A stretch of DNA of 64,000 nt, from the NCBI RefSeq assembly GCF_964355755.1, contig NC_092675.1:27314912-27378911 (forward strand), read 5' to 3'. Made by a program: the position numbers and the translations under genes. Origin of the DNA: Antedon mediterranea. Its lineage: Eukaryota; Animalia; Echinodermata. Positions 1-13,787 of this stretch are shown in pieces. The notes under the pieces were generated by a model, which was given only the letters and a program-made list of their open reading frames with translations, was not told where the DNA came from and searched no databases. Within the stretch, counting starts at the first letter, position 1, and each line of letters starts with the position of its first letter.

Positions 1-1485
1 GTGACCCGAGGGGGTCGTAGGGTTGATTCGCAATCACACATTACAACTGTCTCATTTATATGGCAATATCTGTGTTCTTAAGAAGTCCATTTTGGTAATG
101 TTGTCTATTGTTTTGATTTTTATTTTTTTTTTGGACGATTAGTTTATTTACATTTTCGTGATTTATAGTTCTACAATACATAAGATTAGATACAATGACA
201 TGAACGAACAACATGATAAATGAAAAGACTATGCAAAACACACTATATTACATTTTATGCTATGCATCATTTGTGACTATAATGGCCGAGAGATACAAGA
301 ACGTGACAAATTTTACTGAACCTCTCTAACGATCTTATAAATAAAAAGAGAGAATATTTTTTTTAGCATTTCCAAGATATACTTTTGTAGTTCACATTCT
401 GTTCAATGACACTACACCAGTTATAAATATTACTATGTACATAATTATACAATGAATGTTTATGAGTTATGGAGAGAATATTTTCATGCATAAAAGATTG
501 ACAAGGTGGAGTCGAGTAAGTCAGACTTGATGGAGATTTAAAATATTCTCCCTATTATTTGTTAGAACACTGTACACGTTAACCCATATATTGTGTATTA
601 TCTTTGGCTATGACTCAAATTTAGGGGGATGGGAGAAGCTTCCAGAATTCGCCATGGCATATGATAAAATATTAACCAATCAGATAGATGTGTAGAATTT
701 TTTTTTACAGTAGTTATACGCACGAAAAATGTTTTGCTCCATGCTTGGATCCACCCCTAACTAATGTTACGTCGGATACATGCTTTTGGACATAAATCAG
801 TGTTTTATTGGGGTTATAAAGAGAGATTTTTCTAATCACACAAGCAGTTGTGATGGTTGTAAGTCACAATATAAATTGGATAAGCTTAAATCTTATGCAG
901 ACTTAGCAGTGTGTGTGTGTGAACACAGTTAATAACGGTACTTTAAAGTAACAATCATTGTGACGAACTGTAAAGTATAAATGCTATATAAGTAGGCCTG
1001 ACAATCATCTTACCTTGCTTATTGCAATAGACGTGTGCAAGAGAATGCAACATGATAATGGCAGTAAATATAAATGATGCCATATTGAACGAATTCTTCA
1101 TTCTGAAAAAGGAAGAGAAAAATTGGATTCTTAGTAGCCTATTACATAATGTTAATGGATATTTGACTTGCATGTTAGAGGAGGCATGGGTTCATATTGA
1201 TTGCTTTTAGGCAAGACTCATTGCCTCATCTTTCGAATTGAATGTGAAGTTGTATCCTATGCAATGTGTCCTGTGGTTAAATAGTCTGGTGAATATGGAT
1301 CCTTTACAGAGTCTAAACAGACCTGAAACAGTGGAATACATATTTCCAAACCCAGGTCTGTTAGGATTCTCTGTAAAGGCAGCGTGGAAAAGAGATGAGG
1401 GTACCCAGGCTTAGGCCTAAGAGGTTGAGAAAAAAATCGCGAGCGGGAATGACATACGCCACCAATAGTTTGACTTTTCAATTCA

Positions 1486-1700
1486 ATTCAAACATTTCAT
1501 TCAAAACATTTCATTCAAAACATTTCATTCAAAACATTTCATTCAAAACATTTCATTCAAAACATTTCATTCAAAACATTTTATTCAAAACATTTTATTC
1601 AAAATATTTCATTCAAAACATTCAATTCAAAGCATTTAATTCAAAACATTTCATTCATATATCGCGCCATTCAATTCATATCGATGCATTTCATTCAAAT
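1486..1700. repeat. 14-bp minisatellite (TCAAAACATTTCAT)n, decaying 3'
   Basis: About 12 direct tandem units are visible; they explain the spurious ORF 1395-1739. Confidence 0.9.
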
Positions 1701-2115
1701 ATCGCGTCATACAATTCTTATCATCGAAATGTTGCATAAACGGCGTTCCATACAGTATAAAGAAAAAATAAAATAAAAAATCAAAATTTATATAAGCATT
1801 GTAATAGCCAAAAAAAAGAATATGTTTCATACATACATACATTTTTTTCTAAAAATAATATTTAAAACAGGCATATGTTTCTGACTTTACCATAAATGGG
1901 CTGTATAATACAGATCTCAAAATTGCATTTTAAGCTTTATATACAAAGTTCAAAGATATAAAGTAGTTTACCAAACAATGTTTATGAAGCTTCAGGAAAT
2001 TAAAAACAAGCAAGAGATTTAAGACAAAATGATATTTATGTCCAATTATCCCCATATGACCTTGAACCAAATACATACAATATACTTATTTTCTTAAGAT
2101 ATGTACACTATGTAT

Positions 2116-2993
2116 GGCCCCGTTTCTGCTGCCAAAAATATACCGTATATATACGGTATATTTTATATACGGTATATTTTTTGGCAGCAGAAATGGGTCT
2201 CATAAAAAATATACCGTATATATATGCGGTATATATACCGTATAAATATCCCCATCGTTTGTGGATATTATACGGTATATTCCAAAATATACCGTATATT
2301 TCGTACCCCATTTCTGCTGCACTCAAAATATACCGTAAATGTGACCCGAATCGTGACACGAGGTCAAAAACTAACAGAGCGCGACGCGTTTGTTTTGGTT
2401 TTTCTGCTGCATTGAAAGTTGAAACACACGTGTAAAAGCAAGCAACAGATCAAAATGTCACTGTGGACCGAACAAATCACTATTTTTGCAATTCAATTGT
2501 GGGGGGAAGCGAAGGTTGGGGGGGGAGACTGCATGGCAACAGAAGAGATACCGAGATTTTAATTACAATAAATCGAATGTTCTTACACGACAACAACGTG
2601 ATGTAAAATCATGGTAAAATACTGTATAATAGAAAATGGAAATTAAAACGGCAATATAGGATAATATAGCATAATATAAACTCAATTTGAATAACAGAGT
2701 TTATTTATAGTGACATTTCTAGATTGTGCTTGTATGTGCGGTGTAAATTCGTTGCCACTTCTGCTCATTAGATTTAAAATAGAAAGCAATGCTGTCATGT
2801 AACCTCACTACACGAGACTCTAGGTCAATCCATACTTCCGTCTCACGAAATGCATTTTGGGTAATGAAAGCCAACTTTTTTACAACCCACCCACGAAGTA
2901 TGTGCAGCGGAAACGGTGCACGAATTTCATATACGGTATATTTATACGGTATATTTATACGGTATATTTTGGGTTGGCAGCAGAAACGGGCCC
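2116..2993. mobile_element. Non-autonomous PIF/Harbinger-like MITE
   Basis: TIR GGCCCCGTTTCTGCTGCCAA ... TTGGCAGCAGAAACGGGCCC, 3-bp flanking repeat TAT (2113-2115 / 2994-2996), many ATACCGTATA subterminal palindromes. A partial second copy lies at 42851-43013. Confidence 0.8.
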
Positions 2994-3016
2994 TATGAGT
3001 AAGTATACATGTTAAT

Positions 3017-5029
3017 AGGTATCCCAATGAAAGCGCACAGAGGGGTATCACTTTTGAAATATTGACGAAATTCGAAAAAGTAGTATGACTTTGATGTTAA
3101 ATAAATCGTATTCAATCTTAATTAATACTTACAAAATTTATATTGTTTGAAAGTACTTGTTTTAATCTATGTATAAGTGTGTTTATAATTAAAATTAATG
3201 AATTAGTTGCCGAGAAAATGCGATTTTAAAACGGTTCTAAAATCCCGTCGAGCCGATTTCCGCGCGTTGAAAACCTCATCGGAAAATCCCCATCAGTTTT
3301 CAAAACACGATCGCACGATTACCATTGGAGCTAGCGGATTAATTTTTGTTGTATGTTATCAGGCTTTAAATAAGCTTTAATTTGATACGAAAATCGTCTT
3401 CTATAAATAGGTTTTTCGTAACGAAAAGTCAATTTTTGTGACAAAAATCCAATTTTGATTCACCGTTTATGGAAAAATATTATGGATTTTGGTATTAAAT
3501 TATAGCTAAATCTACATTGAAATCGATAAAACATAGTTTACAAACGTATTGTGCATGGTAATTGTGCGAACTACATTTTAAAATGGTGCATGAGGCGTAA
3601 ATCCCGTTCAAAATTTTAAAGATCCAACCATTATAATCCGGTGAATATTGTAGTGAGTAAAATATTGTACTCTAAAGTACGCGCGTGTTTGTTGTGGCGT
3701 TTTCCGTTAAATACATTAATGCACCCTATCAGCGAATGGTACGTTCCATATTTTGAACACGTTGTTTAGTTTTCCTCGCTCGAGTTCGACCGGTTCGACG
3801 CGAGATGTGTGACAGCAGCGATGTCGGAGATTGACATGTCCTTTTCCGTCGTAGAATATCTGGTTTTACACATTAATTTAACAACTTAAAATTGATGTAA
3901 TGTGCGGAAGATTTATTATGCAAGTATATAATGCAAATGCGTTAGGTTAAAATGTACCGAGGAAATTTATTAAGCTAATTTACCAACGTTACATTTGACT
4001 CTGTATACGGCGGCCGAAAGTCATTAACTGCGACCGAAATACTTTAACGGGAGCGACTACTGATCGCGAGTAAGCCGTGACTTGGCCTAAACTTTAGCTC
4101 CGTATTTCAATTTAATAACGTAATAATACGAAAAGAAAACAATTTTTATAATGTTATATATACTATTCAGGTAAACAATTAATTGTTTTAATTAACATTG
4201 ATTATCTTAAATGAGTTTATTTTGACCCATATTGTGCGTTTGCCTTAAAAGAGCATATCTTACTTAGCAGCCCGGCTTAGATTTGGTGTCATAATCATAT
4301 GGGCCTAAAATCTTGTTTTACGTATTCAAAAGTTATATATAATAGTATTTATGATTGAAATTATAAATATAAAGTATATTAAAATATTCTAATAATTATA
4401 CTTACCGAAAATTAGTGTAAAATAAAGGAAACAGTACACACCGTTTTTAACATACTTTTTCATTTTTTTTTTTATAATTTTAAATTTCACCATTAAAAAA
4501 AATTTTTTTTTTCATATACACATCTAAAATATATTTATTAATGAAATATACACTACATTCTAACAAGTACAAAAAAAATTAAATGAATTAGTACAGTAGT
4601 TCAAAAGTTACAGATCATTGAAAAATTGCAGTTTTTTCATTTTTTAGGGAATTCCAGCAAAAATGGGCGTTAAATGCTTTCCTACCACTTTGCGGACCAA
4701 TAATTTAAAAAATAGGTTTCGTTGAGGCTCCAAAAAAAATAGAGTTGTACAACTCTGTGATATCTATAGGTTTAACAAAATTCAAAACTTTTAACTAATT
4801 ATTGTAAAAGTTATAACCTTTTAAAAATGCTTCCAATTTCAACTGCAAAAAACACCATTTTTAGGCAAAAAATCGTATATTTTTTTACCACTTTAAATAA
4901 CCATAACTTTAGAACGGGTAATCGGATTTCAATCATTTAAATTGCAAAATGCTAATTACATTAAGTTCTTTATGGTTAACTGAAAGAAAATGTAAAAAAA
5001 TTAATCTGATTTTTTTCATTGGGATACCT
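3017..5029. mobile_element. Non-autonomous TIR DNA transposon (~2.0 kb)
   Basis: TIR AGGTATCCCAATGAAA ... TTTCATTGGGATACCT flanked by AAT/AAT (or TA/TA if read 1 bp inward); no coding capacity seen. Confidence 0.75.
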
Positions 5030-5417
5030 AATGTTAATAAATCACAACATAGGGAATTAGTATTTTAATATCTGATATTGTTGGAGCCATCCATCTAATT
5101 TAATGTCATCTTTTATTTTGTATAAGTAACCCAAAAGTGAACTTGATTAGTTTTACATTAGGTATAAAACAAAAATGATGATAAATGTCAAAGAAAACAA
5201 ATTAACTGTGACATGTAAAGTGTATCATATAGGAATCAATCAATCTGACTTGAGATTTAAAAAAGAAAGTTTTATTTTTAGAAAACTATATTGACAAGTG
5301 TCCTTCAAAGATTATCATATTCTTTTTAAAAAAATTCAGCCTTTTAAGAATTCTCAAATTATTATTCAAGTTCAGCCAAATGTATCTTAATATTCATGAC
5401 ATTTAAATCACATTTAA

Positions 5418-6040
5418 AGCCCCATTCCCTACGTTTTTTAGATCTAATTTAAGATCACAAACTATATTTAATGTAAAAATAATACTATGGTCCTATTGCG
5501 ATAACTTTTTTCGTCTTTAAACGGTTAAAAATGTGAAAAATAAATCGATTCTAATAATTATAGCGGCCCGCTATAAATACCAAAATGCATTGCGCGCGGA
5601 TTGATATTTTTGTTTTTCACCTGTAATTCGCCCACTTTTCGATCGATCGTGAAGCCAAAACAAATGGAAGACTCCTAACTTTTCAGCGAAAATACCGGGT
5701 TTTTCCCAATTTGTATCAACGGAGTCTGGCAAAAATAGAAAGACAATTAATGCAGCAACTATACAACGTCAGGCTAGGTATATAGCTAGCGTACGATGTT
5801 CGTACGTATCGATGTTTACCAGCTAGGCCTACAAAACTAAGCCTAGCTAGGCTAGGCCTAAGACCGTCCACGAGAGGTCGATCGCCGCGAGCTACTTAGG
5901 TAGTGCATTGTTTCTCACTTTTTATCATAATTTACCATAAAACGTACATTTAAGACAAGGAATGACATGGTTTAATGTTTTTAAAGTGATATATATGTAT
6001 TATTTTCCAAAAAACGTCCAAAATTGCAGGGAAGGGGTCT
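5418..6040. mobile_element. Kolobok-type MITE (TTAA target)
   Basis: TTAA|AGCCCCATTCCCTACG ... TGCAGGGAAGGGGTCT|TTAA; a diverged truncated relative lies at 50709-51064. Confidence 0.75.
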
Positions 6041-7170
6041 TTAAGTTAATATGACTGTTAAAGAGGCATTGTCGAACAAAACCTGGCAAATGAACTGGCC
6101 ATTTTGTAGTTTTAAAAAACAATTTAATTCACTTTCACTTAATAATGATTTTAATCCATAAAAAGAGAGGAAAAAAATAGTTACCATTTATAAACCAAAA
6201 ACCTGACAATGGGTTTCTGGATGAATTTTGTTCTCCTTTAAATTAACATTTATCATTTTTGGCTATCATATGTCTGATTTAAAAAAATATATTTTCTGTA
6301 TTAAAACAAAAATATTATATGCCATTAGAAATGTCTATAGTATACAGTTTTAACATATCAAAAACGGCAGGATTTTGAATGATCTTATTATCGACCTGTG
6401 AAAGTGTTCTGTTTTATGCACCAGCAAAGCATAAATATTAATCATTACAGCTTACAAACTGCTTTTGCCACAGTGTTACAGCAATTAAAGTAGAAACTAT
6501 GACGGACATATGGAATGTAGGTCTCTTAACGTTATTTAAAGAAACATGGTTTGAGTTGAGCTTTTAAAGAATTATCTCTTTAAATTTATGGTCAAAACTG
6601 GACTTTCTTTATTTACAATACAGTACAGTACTTTAAAATAGAACATCTCTCTCTTTAAAATCTTGTGCCATTATACTTTCATCTATTTTTTCCCCCAGTT
6701 TGTTACATTTAGAGCAGGATGGTTTTGTAGATGATACAATCAAGGGTCACTGGTGTCAGTTAGGGGGCCAGGGTGATCAAGAGAAAACTTGGGCCCCCTG
6801 TCAGGGAAGAGTTGCCAATTTACCCATCCAACTTAATTTATATTGTGTATTGACAATGTTGGCTACTGTTGGCCAATCAGGCTATTCTATTAAAGCACAA
6901 CTAGTAGATACCCATGGAATACAGGAACTACCTAGTTAGTGAATTCTAACCATTTGTCAAAAAGAAATTTAAAAGTATAATTTTTTCTGGAGGCCTAAAA
7001 GGCAGGAAAAGATAAAACGACACACGTCACTAACAACTCGGAAGCCATACAATTCTCGAAAAAACATCTATATGAGGTCAGGTTGCATGCCCATTTAAAC
7101 TAATAGTGATCAGAGTTGAATACCTCAGTTAGTTTTCAATTGATAGTATAAAATCTAAGAATTATTATAA

Positions 7171-8660
7171 CTAGATGGCACGCTCGCTTCGCTCGCGTAC
7201 CATCTAGGTCGTGCCCACAGATGGTTCTCGAATACACAGTATTTCCAGCGAGAAAAAAATGGAGATTTCAAATGTACGTACCGCAGGACTATAATACATT
7301 GTCGTTTACAGAAACGAATAAATATACACAATGATTTATGTAGTCAACCAAAATTAGCACCCTGGGAATTACTTCCGAGAGAGAAACAAATTTTTTTATT
7401 CGGACTCATTTAAACAAACCCAATTTGTGTTTTGTATGTAACATTAAGGGTTGAGGGATGGGGAAAGAAGATAGGTACAAAGAGGAAACATTTTAAAATA
7501 TATTCTTATCCACTCAGTAACGAAATATTGTTTTTAATGTTTTATAGGCCTATAAATAATATACCACTAAATACAGTAAAACATTTACGATTTAATACGG
7601 TACTTTGTTAAAACTCTCACTGTCATAGTCGATTGAAATAGTAAAGTACATGTAACGATACACCACTACGACGTTTATATATTTTTAAATTATTAATTAA
7701 TACAAACGTTGAGAAGCAACTGTCAGTAATAACGTTTATTTATTTGTATATTATATGTTTATAATCTAACAGTAGGGCCTACCCACACTCACAGTAATAA
7801 AGTTTATTTGTATATATTTTATATTACATCTAACAGTACCAACACTCACAGTAAGAAATTTGCTATTCAAATTGCGATCAAAAGTGGTTAATACCTTAAC
7901 AGTATTGTACAGCATTGCAGTACTATTTATGTTTATTCTCCAAGGGGGCCCATAAATCTAAATCTATACCTCTATGGTTAAACCAAATAATTTGGAATGT
8001 TTATTTGTATATTATATGTTTATAATCTAACAGTAGGGCCTACCCACACTCACAGTAATAAAGTTTATTTGTATATATTTTTATATTACATCTAACAGTA
8101 CCAACACTCACAGTAAGACATTTGCGATTCAAATTGCGATCAAAAGTGGTTAATACCTTAACAGTATTGTACAGCATTGCAATACTATTTATGTTTATTC
8201 TCCAAGGAGGCCCATAAATCTAAATCTATACCTGTATGGTTAAACCAAATAATTTGGAATGTTCCATTCATCACAAATCAATACATTTGTAAAAACGTAT
8301 ATTAAATGTAACAAAATAGTATTTTTTAAAGAAAATCGGCCTGTCTTCAACATTATGATGCTGTACTCGAACTGTTCAACCGGTTTTCAGCTATTAAAAA
8401 CAATTATCGTAGGAGGAGATAGAAAAATGCGAAGCCTCCTCGCATTTTTGTGGCGGGTATTTTTCAAGATGGACATCCATTAGACAGTGTATACCACGAT
8501 CGGAAAACACCCCTATTTGGGGCAAATCTTTGAACCTAAATTCGTTTTAATCGTCAATAACTAATTATCTAACTTAATTTAATTAGTAAACAGGGTTACA
8601 TCAGGTGGTTAAAATCAGTACCGAAAGTACGAACCAACTTTACGTAAATTTATATATAGA
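7171..8660 (-). mobile_element. Non-autonomous Helitron
   Basis: On the minus strand it begins A|TCTATATATA (8660) and ends with a GC-rich hairpin plus CTAG|T (7171); no TSD; internal tandem duplication. Confidence 0.75.
7740..8261. repeat. ~261-bp tandem duplication inside the Helitron
   Basis: 7740-8000 is nearly identical to 8001-8261 (TTATTTGTATATTATATGTTTATAATC ... AATTTGGAATGT). Confidence 0.9.
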
Positions 8661-8808
8661 TAATAAGGAAATCTCATATTTCGCCAGTTTTCATCAAAAA
8701 GAAAAGTCACAACAATGGAATGAAAGAAAAAATATACAGTGTATAAGGTTCAAATTCTTTGTGCAGTTAGGCCCTTTACAAACAAACTATACATTGTTAA
8801 CTGGCATA

Positions 8809-9249
8809 CCGTATATTTCGGTGTATAAGTCGCACTTTTGACACGCAAATTTGACCTCTAAATTAAGGGTGCGTCTTATACACCGAACATAAATGCCTCA
8901 CCACACAGATTGTACATAGCCTAGGCCTAGGCTATCGTCACCTCGTTTTCTAGGCCTGAGTAGGCTAGGCCTACTAACGTAACGGCAACCTGCTTCTGCC
9001 TAGGCCTAGTTTTCAAGTCATTTTAGCATGATGTTATACTAAATATGATGAAAAGATTTGTTCATTATGGCGCTCCGATAAAATATCATTTGTAAACGTT
9101 TACGTCGTACGATTGGAATAGTATTTATTTATACAGTAGTTATACGCACGACCGCCGTACCCCAAGCGCAAGCCCTTCTTTTGGTGGCACATGGTGTACG
9201 GTATTCGACTAGTATTTTCTCCAGGTGATTATAGCTAGCATGGACCTAG
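8809..9249 (-). mobile_element. Tc2-type (Tc1/mariner) MITE, right half only
   Basis: TA|CCGTATATTTCGGTGTATAAGTCGCAC terminus; reverse complement of 11139-11594. Confidence 0.85.
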
Positions 9250-10733
9250 TAGGCCTTACGGCGAAGCTGAAATGATGCCTGGAAAAGCAATCCCGTTCCT
9301 CATCAAGCATAATACTTTTTTACCACATATACTGTTCTAAATAAATACTAATAGTACAAAAAGTAAAAGTTCCACAAAAAAATACCTGGCGTTTGGTAGA
9401 AAATTACCGTTAAAATTGGTAAATATGCCAACGATTTCTTACGAAATAGCGAGGCTGAAACAACTGGTGGCGCACTATAACTAGACTGTACTATTATTAT
9501 CACGGTTTATAAGAAATATATAGGCAAGTTATTTATTATCAAAATAGATTTATTCTTTATTTTTTAAAATAAATTTGGTGAATACAAATTTATATTAACT
9601 CTAAAATTAAAATTTTGAGTTAATAATTATCCCCCGACATTAAAACATTTATAATTACAAATGGCTTCAACCGTTCGTATAATGGTTTCTCCCGACAGGT
9701 AGGCTATTAATAGCAGTAGAAATACAGCAGCAATATTATGCGCACAGCTGTTTCAAACATACGAATTAAGTCATGCGCCCTCAACGTTACAAGTCGTATC
9801 GCTGGAGTAACAATACATAAACAATTACTTACAAATCCACGTGTGCAGAGTGGAGTCAAACGTCATTTAAAGACATGTTTTAAACAGCCAATGAGAATGA
9901 GATAAAAAAAATAAAGGGTCGCTAAAAATATGAATATTCATTAAAGAGTCCCTGGATGAAACAAGCACGTTGTCGTTTTGTTTTTAAGAAGGAATGTAAC
10001 GCTGAAAATTAATGGAAGGGTGGACCATAAATTACAAGCATAGACAGACCAATTGACGCACGTGAGTGACATTTCCAAATTAGGTACATGTTTGTTTGTC
10101 CGTATCTTTAAAAAATGTAATTTTCACTCTAATTCGTTGGTACTGCATGATAATTTAGTTATCTGTGAATGTTATAACATAGTAATGGTCGAGAGGTGAT
10201 GGTTGAATTTTTGAGCTATGGCCGTTTCAAATTGTGTCATTTTTAGGCTTAGGCTTATGTCTACTCTAGTTGCAACACTGCCTTTCATGTGACAGCTGAC
10301 CCAAATGAGTTTGGAAATGTTACATTATTTTAATTATTTAGGCCTGGCTGGGTAGGGTAGGCATATACCAATATTATAGGCCCTATTTTTATTTTAATAC
10401 TAGGCCTAGGCCCTTGCTAGACCTATGTTCTCTAGCAGCCTACTACTACAGAGAAGCAGCTTTCCGGCTTAGTTAGCCTGGCCTTGAGTAGGCTAGCCTA
10501 CTAGCCTAATAGGTATTACTATTAGTAGGCTACCTAATTAAAATTAGGCCCAGGATCTACGCCTAGGCCTATATATTTTTAATATTATTTAATCATTATA
10601 ATTAATTTTAGTTTTATTAAATTTACAGTATTCATTACAAAAACTGTAAATGTAATATTATGAGGATTATATATACCCTATGTAACATGTATGCAATAGG
10701 GAATATTATAGGCCTATATGTATGTAATAATTA

Positions 10734-11594
10734 CCGTATATTTCGGTGTATAAGTCGCACCTGTGTATAAGACGCACCCCCAACTGAGAGTAAAATATCG
10801 GTATTTTTTATATCGTCGATGTATAAGACGCACCTTATATTTCATCAAAACAATGTTTTTTTAAATTGTAATCAATATTATTGTAATAATATATTTTGTT
10901 ATATCTACAACGGCGTCCTTTATTTAGGTTTTTTCTTACCTAGGCTCGACCGCGCCCAGCCTCAACAAGTTCTTTCTAACTTGTCATTCATGAGTTTCGC
11001 CGCAACATCGAGTGCATGACCGTGTGTGTAACACGCACGTGTGTGGGCTAGCCTCGCTCGATCATTTCGAGAGGGCGCACGTTTTCATGGACAATCGTCG
11101 TATTCGATTAGTATCTATGTATCCGAGAAGTGTGTACGCTAGGTCCATGCTATAATCACCTGGAGAATATACTAGTCGAATACCGTACACCATGTGCCGC
11201 GCCACCAAAAGAAGGGCTTGCGCTTGGGGTACGGCGATCGTGCGTATAACTACTGTATAAAAAAATACTATTCCAATCGTACGACGTAAACGTTTAGAAA
11301 TGAAATTTTATCGGAGCGCCATAATGAACAAATCTTTTCATCATATTTAGTATAACATCATGCTAAAATGACTTGAAAACTAGGCCTAGGCAGAATTGAA
11401 GCAGGTTGCCGTTACGTTAGTTAGTTACTGTAGCTAGGCCTAGCCTACTCAGGCCTAGCAAACGAGGTGACGATAGCATAGGCCTATGTACAATCTGTGT
11501 GGTGAGGCATTTATGTTCGGTGTATAAGACGCACCCTTAATTTAGAGGTCAAATTTGCGTGTCAAAAGTGCGACTTATACACCGAAATATACGG
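10734..11594 (+). mobile_element. Complete Tc2-type (Tc1/mariner) MITE, 861 bp
   Basis: Perfect TIR CCGTATATTTCGGTGTATAAGTCGCAC; the TA duplication is confirmed by the empty site TAATTACAAT in sister repeat units. Confidence 0.92.
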
Positions 11595-12145
11595 TACAAT
11601 ATAAATAATGACAAGCATCATATTAACATTCGGTTTTGCTCATCACTGCATATTCAAATTAGTATGCAATCATATTAAATTTAATAAGTTAAGTTAATTT
11701 TATAAAATTGTTATAATAATTATTAATGTTATACTATTGTAGATACATATATAGAGCAGTAACCTGAAGTGTGGCTAAGCAGATTTGGACCATACCTACC
11801 ATCTATATAGGTAAGATTATTTTGCTGTTCAAGAAGTAGCAAATATTTAATTGTGTACCATGCTATTAATTTGTAATATTAACAATCAATCACTACCACT
11901 GGCTGGGTAGGCTAGGCCTATATCATAGGCCCTATTTTTATTTTAATATACTAGCTAGACCTGTGCTCTCTATCACTAGCAGCAGCCTACAGAGAAGCAG
12001 CTTTCCAGCTTATTTAGCCTAGCCTAGAGCAATTAGGCTAGGTATAAGTAGGCTACCTAATTAGGCTAGGCTCTACGCCTATATAGGCCTATTATTATTT
12101 AATTATTATTAATTTTTGTTTAATATATTTACAGTATTTATTTAA

Positions 12146-13787
12146 AGGGGGATTCTGGGTTTAAAATTGCTTTTAAATATCGTTTATTTATTAAATAAAA
12201 AATATTATAACAATATAGACATGTCAGAATGAAGAAGTAATAACGAGAAATTAAAAAAATTAAATTTCATATACACTTTAGGGTAAATTCATGGAAAGTC
12301 TGTTTTTCAGCAGCTTAGGGAAGCTCATTAATATTCATGAGATATTCACAAAATCACGTCATCAGTGGATTCCAAACTCGCGACGTCAAGCTTAGTACGT
12401 TGTGTTCTCTCTCCTCTCTGTCAAACGACGACCTCGACCACCCGATCATTGTGAAATACATTTTTTTGTAGATTTGCTAAGCTAGGCCTAAAGTGTAATA
12501 ATAACAGTAGTAGCATATATTTATTTGACATTTAATGAAATACAAAATTTAGTACAGATTACGGAGTCATAAATTATACTATTTTTATACCTTGAATTAA
12601 TAGTACAGATCGTATATCGGCTTCACGTACTAGGCTAGGCCTAGCCTAAATCATTTTATTCATGCCGGGGTGAGAGCCATTTCTGACTAGGGATTCCATG
12701 CCACGATGGCTACGTTAAAACATTGGGGCCATCATTCATGGGCCTAGCTAGCCTGTTACTAAACGATTGGCCCATCAATAACAAAACTCAGTGGATTCCA
12801 AACCCATCCTATCAACCAAACTCCTAAACAATCTAAACCTAAAACGTTCTACAAAAATCGGCTGTAAATATTGAGGCAAAACAAGGTCCGATCGCCGTCC
12901 GCACGTACGTGTACGTCCCGATCGTCTAATGTAATAAGTAGGCCTAGTTTACTCTCCAAAAAAGCGGATACTGCATCAAGCAAGTAGACCGGTAGAGTAG
13001 GAAGGAGACCTAGCCTAGCCTAGCCGATCCGGCCCAGTTAAAAATTGAGCTAGCTAGTGTAGTAGACCCTATGCGAATTGATACTACCAGGCCTTTTACT
13101 ATAGGCTACACTTGTTAAAATTAGCAATACTGTACTTATGTTTACAAATATTCAAACTCTCTCATTCGAGCTATATTATCTATACCATTCCGGTAGGTTG
13201 AGTCGACCTTCAATCAAATACTGTACATCGTTCATGTTGTGATTATAGACGGGGTATACTCGACCCGACCAGTTTGGTATTGTATACTGTATTATATCTG
13301 ATTATCACGTGATGATGCCAGGCATGGACAGAGAGAGCACGTGTATCGTCGTCTCGCTCTCTCCTCGCCCAGCAGGAATGTATACGTTACGCTTCATTGA
13401 TTTTGAAGGCTTTCCCTAAGTCAGTGCGAAAATCGGCAAACGTAAAGTGCAAACTTATCTAATTTTTCACTGTTTTGATGGATTTTCATAGAAAATTGAC
13501 TTTATAAATGGGAAGACCGACTAAAATTACATCAGATAAGTATAATTTTACAAAATTAATTGATATGGTTAATGATAACGAGTCGTCGGAAGATTGACCA
13601 TTTCACGAATTTCCTATTCTGTAACCACAGTGTGATTTTGCCGTAGCTGCACTTGTAATCTGGCCTCATTTCACAGCCTTCGTTCTGCTTCACTGGGCGC
13701 TTATATAAATTGAAACTTTTACCGTTCAAGAGACAAACAAATATATTTTACATTTTTTACTATTCATTTTAAACCCGGAACCCCCCT
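12146..13787. mobile_element. Kolobok-type non-autonomous element
   Basis: TTAA|AGGGGGATTCTGGGTTTAAAA ... TTTTAAACCCGGAACCCCCCT|TTAA; empty TTAA site in the next repeat unit (~14417). Confidence 0.88.

Noticed and set aside
1395-1739. 114-aa ORF with repeated SFKTFHSKHFIQNI
   Set aside because: Translation of a 14-bp minisatellite; no evidence of a gene.
2108-3051. Cluster of overlapping Y/I-rich ORFs (also 42833-43075)
   Set aside because: They arise from palindromic ATACCGTATA repeats in a MITE.
6700-6939. 79-aa ORF after a polypyrimidine-AG
   Set aside because: No recognisable domain or partner exons; the GC-richer core looks like a decayed MITE fragment.
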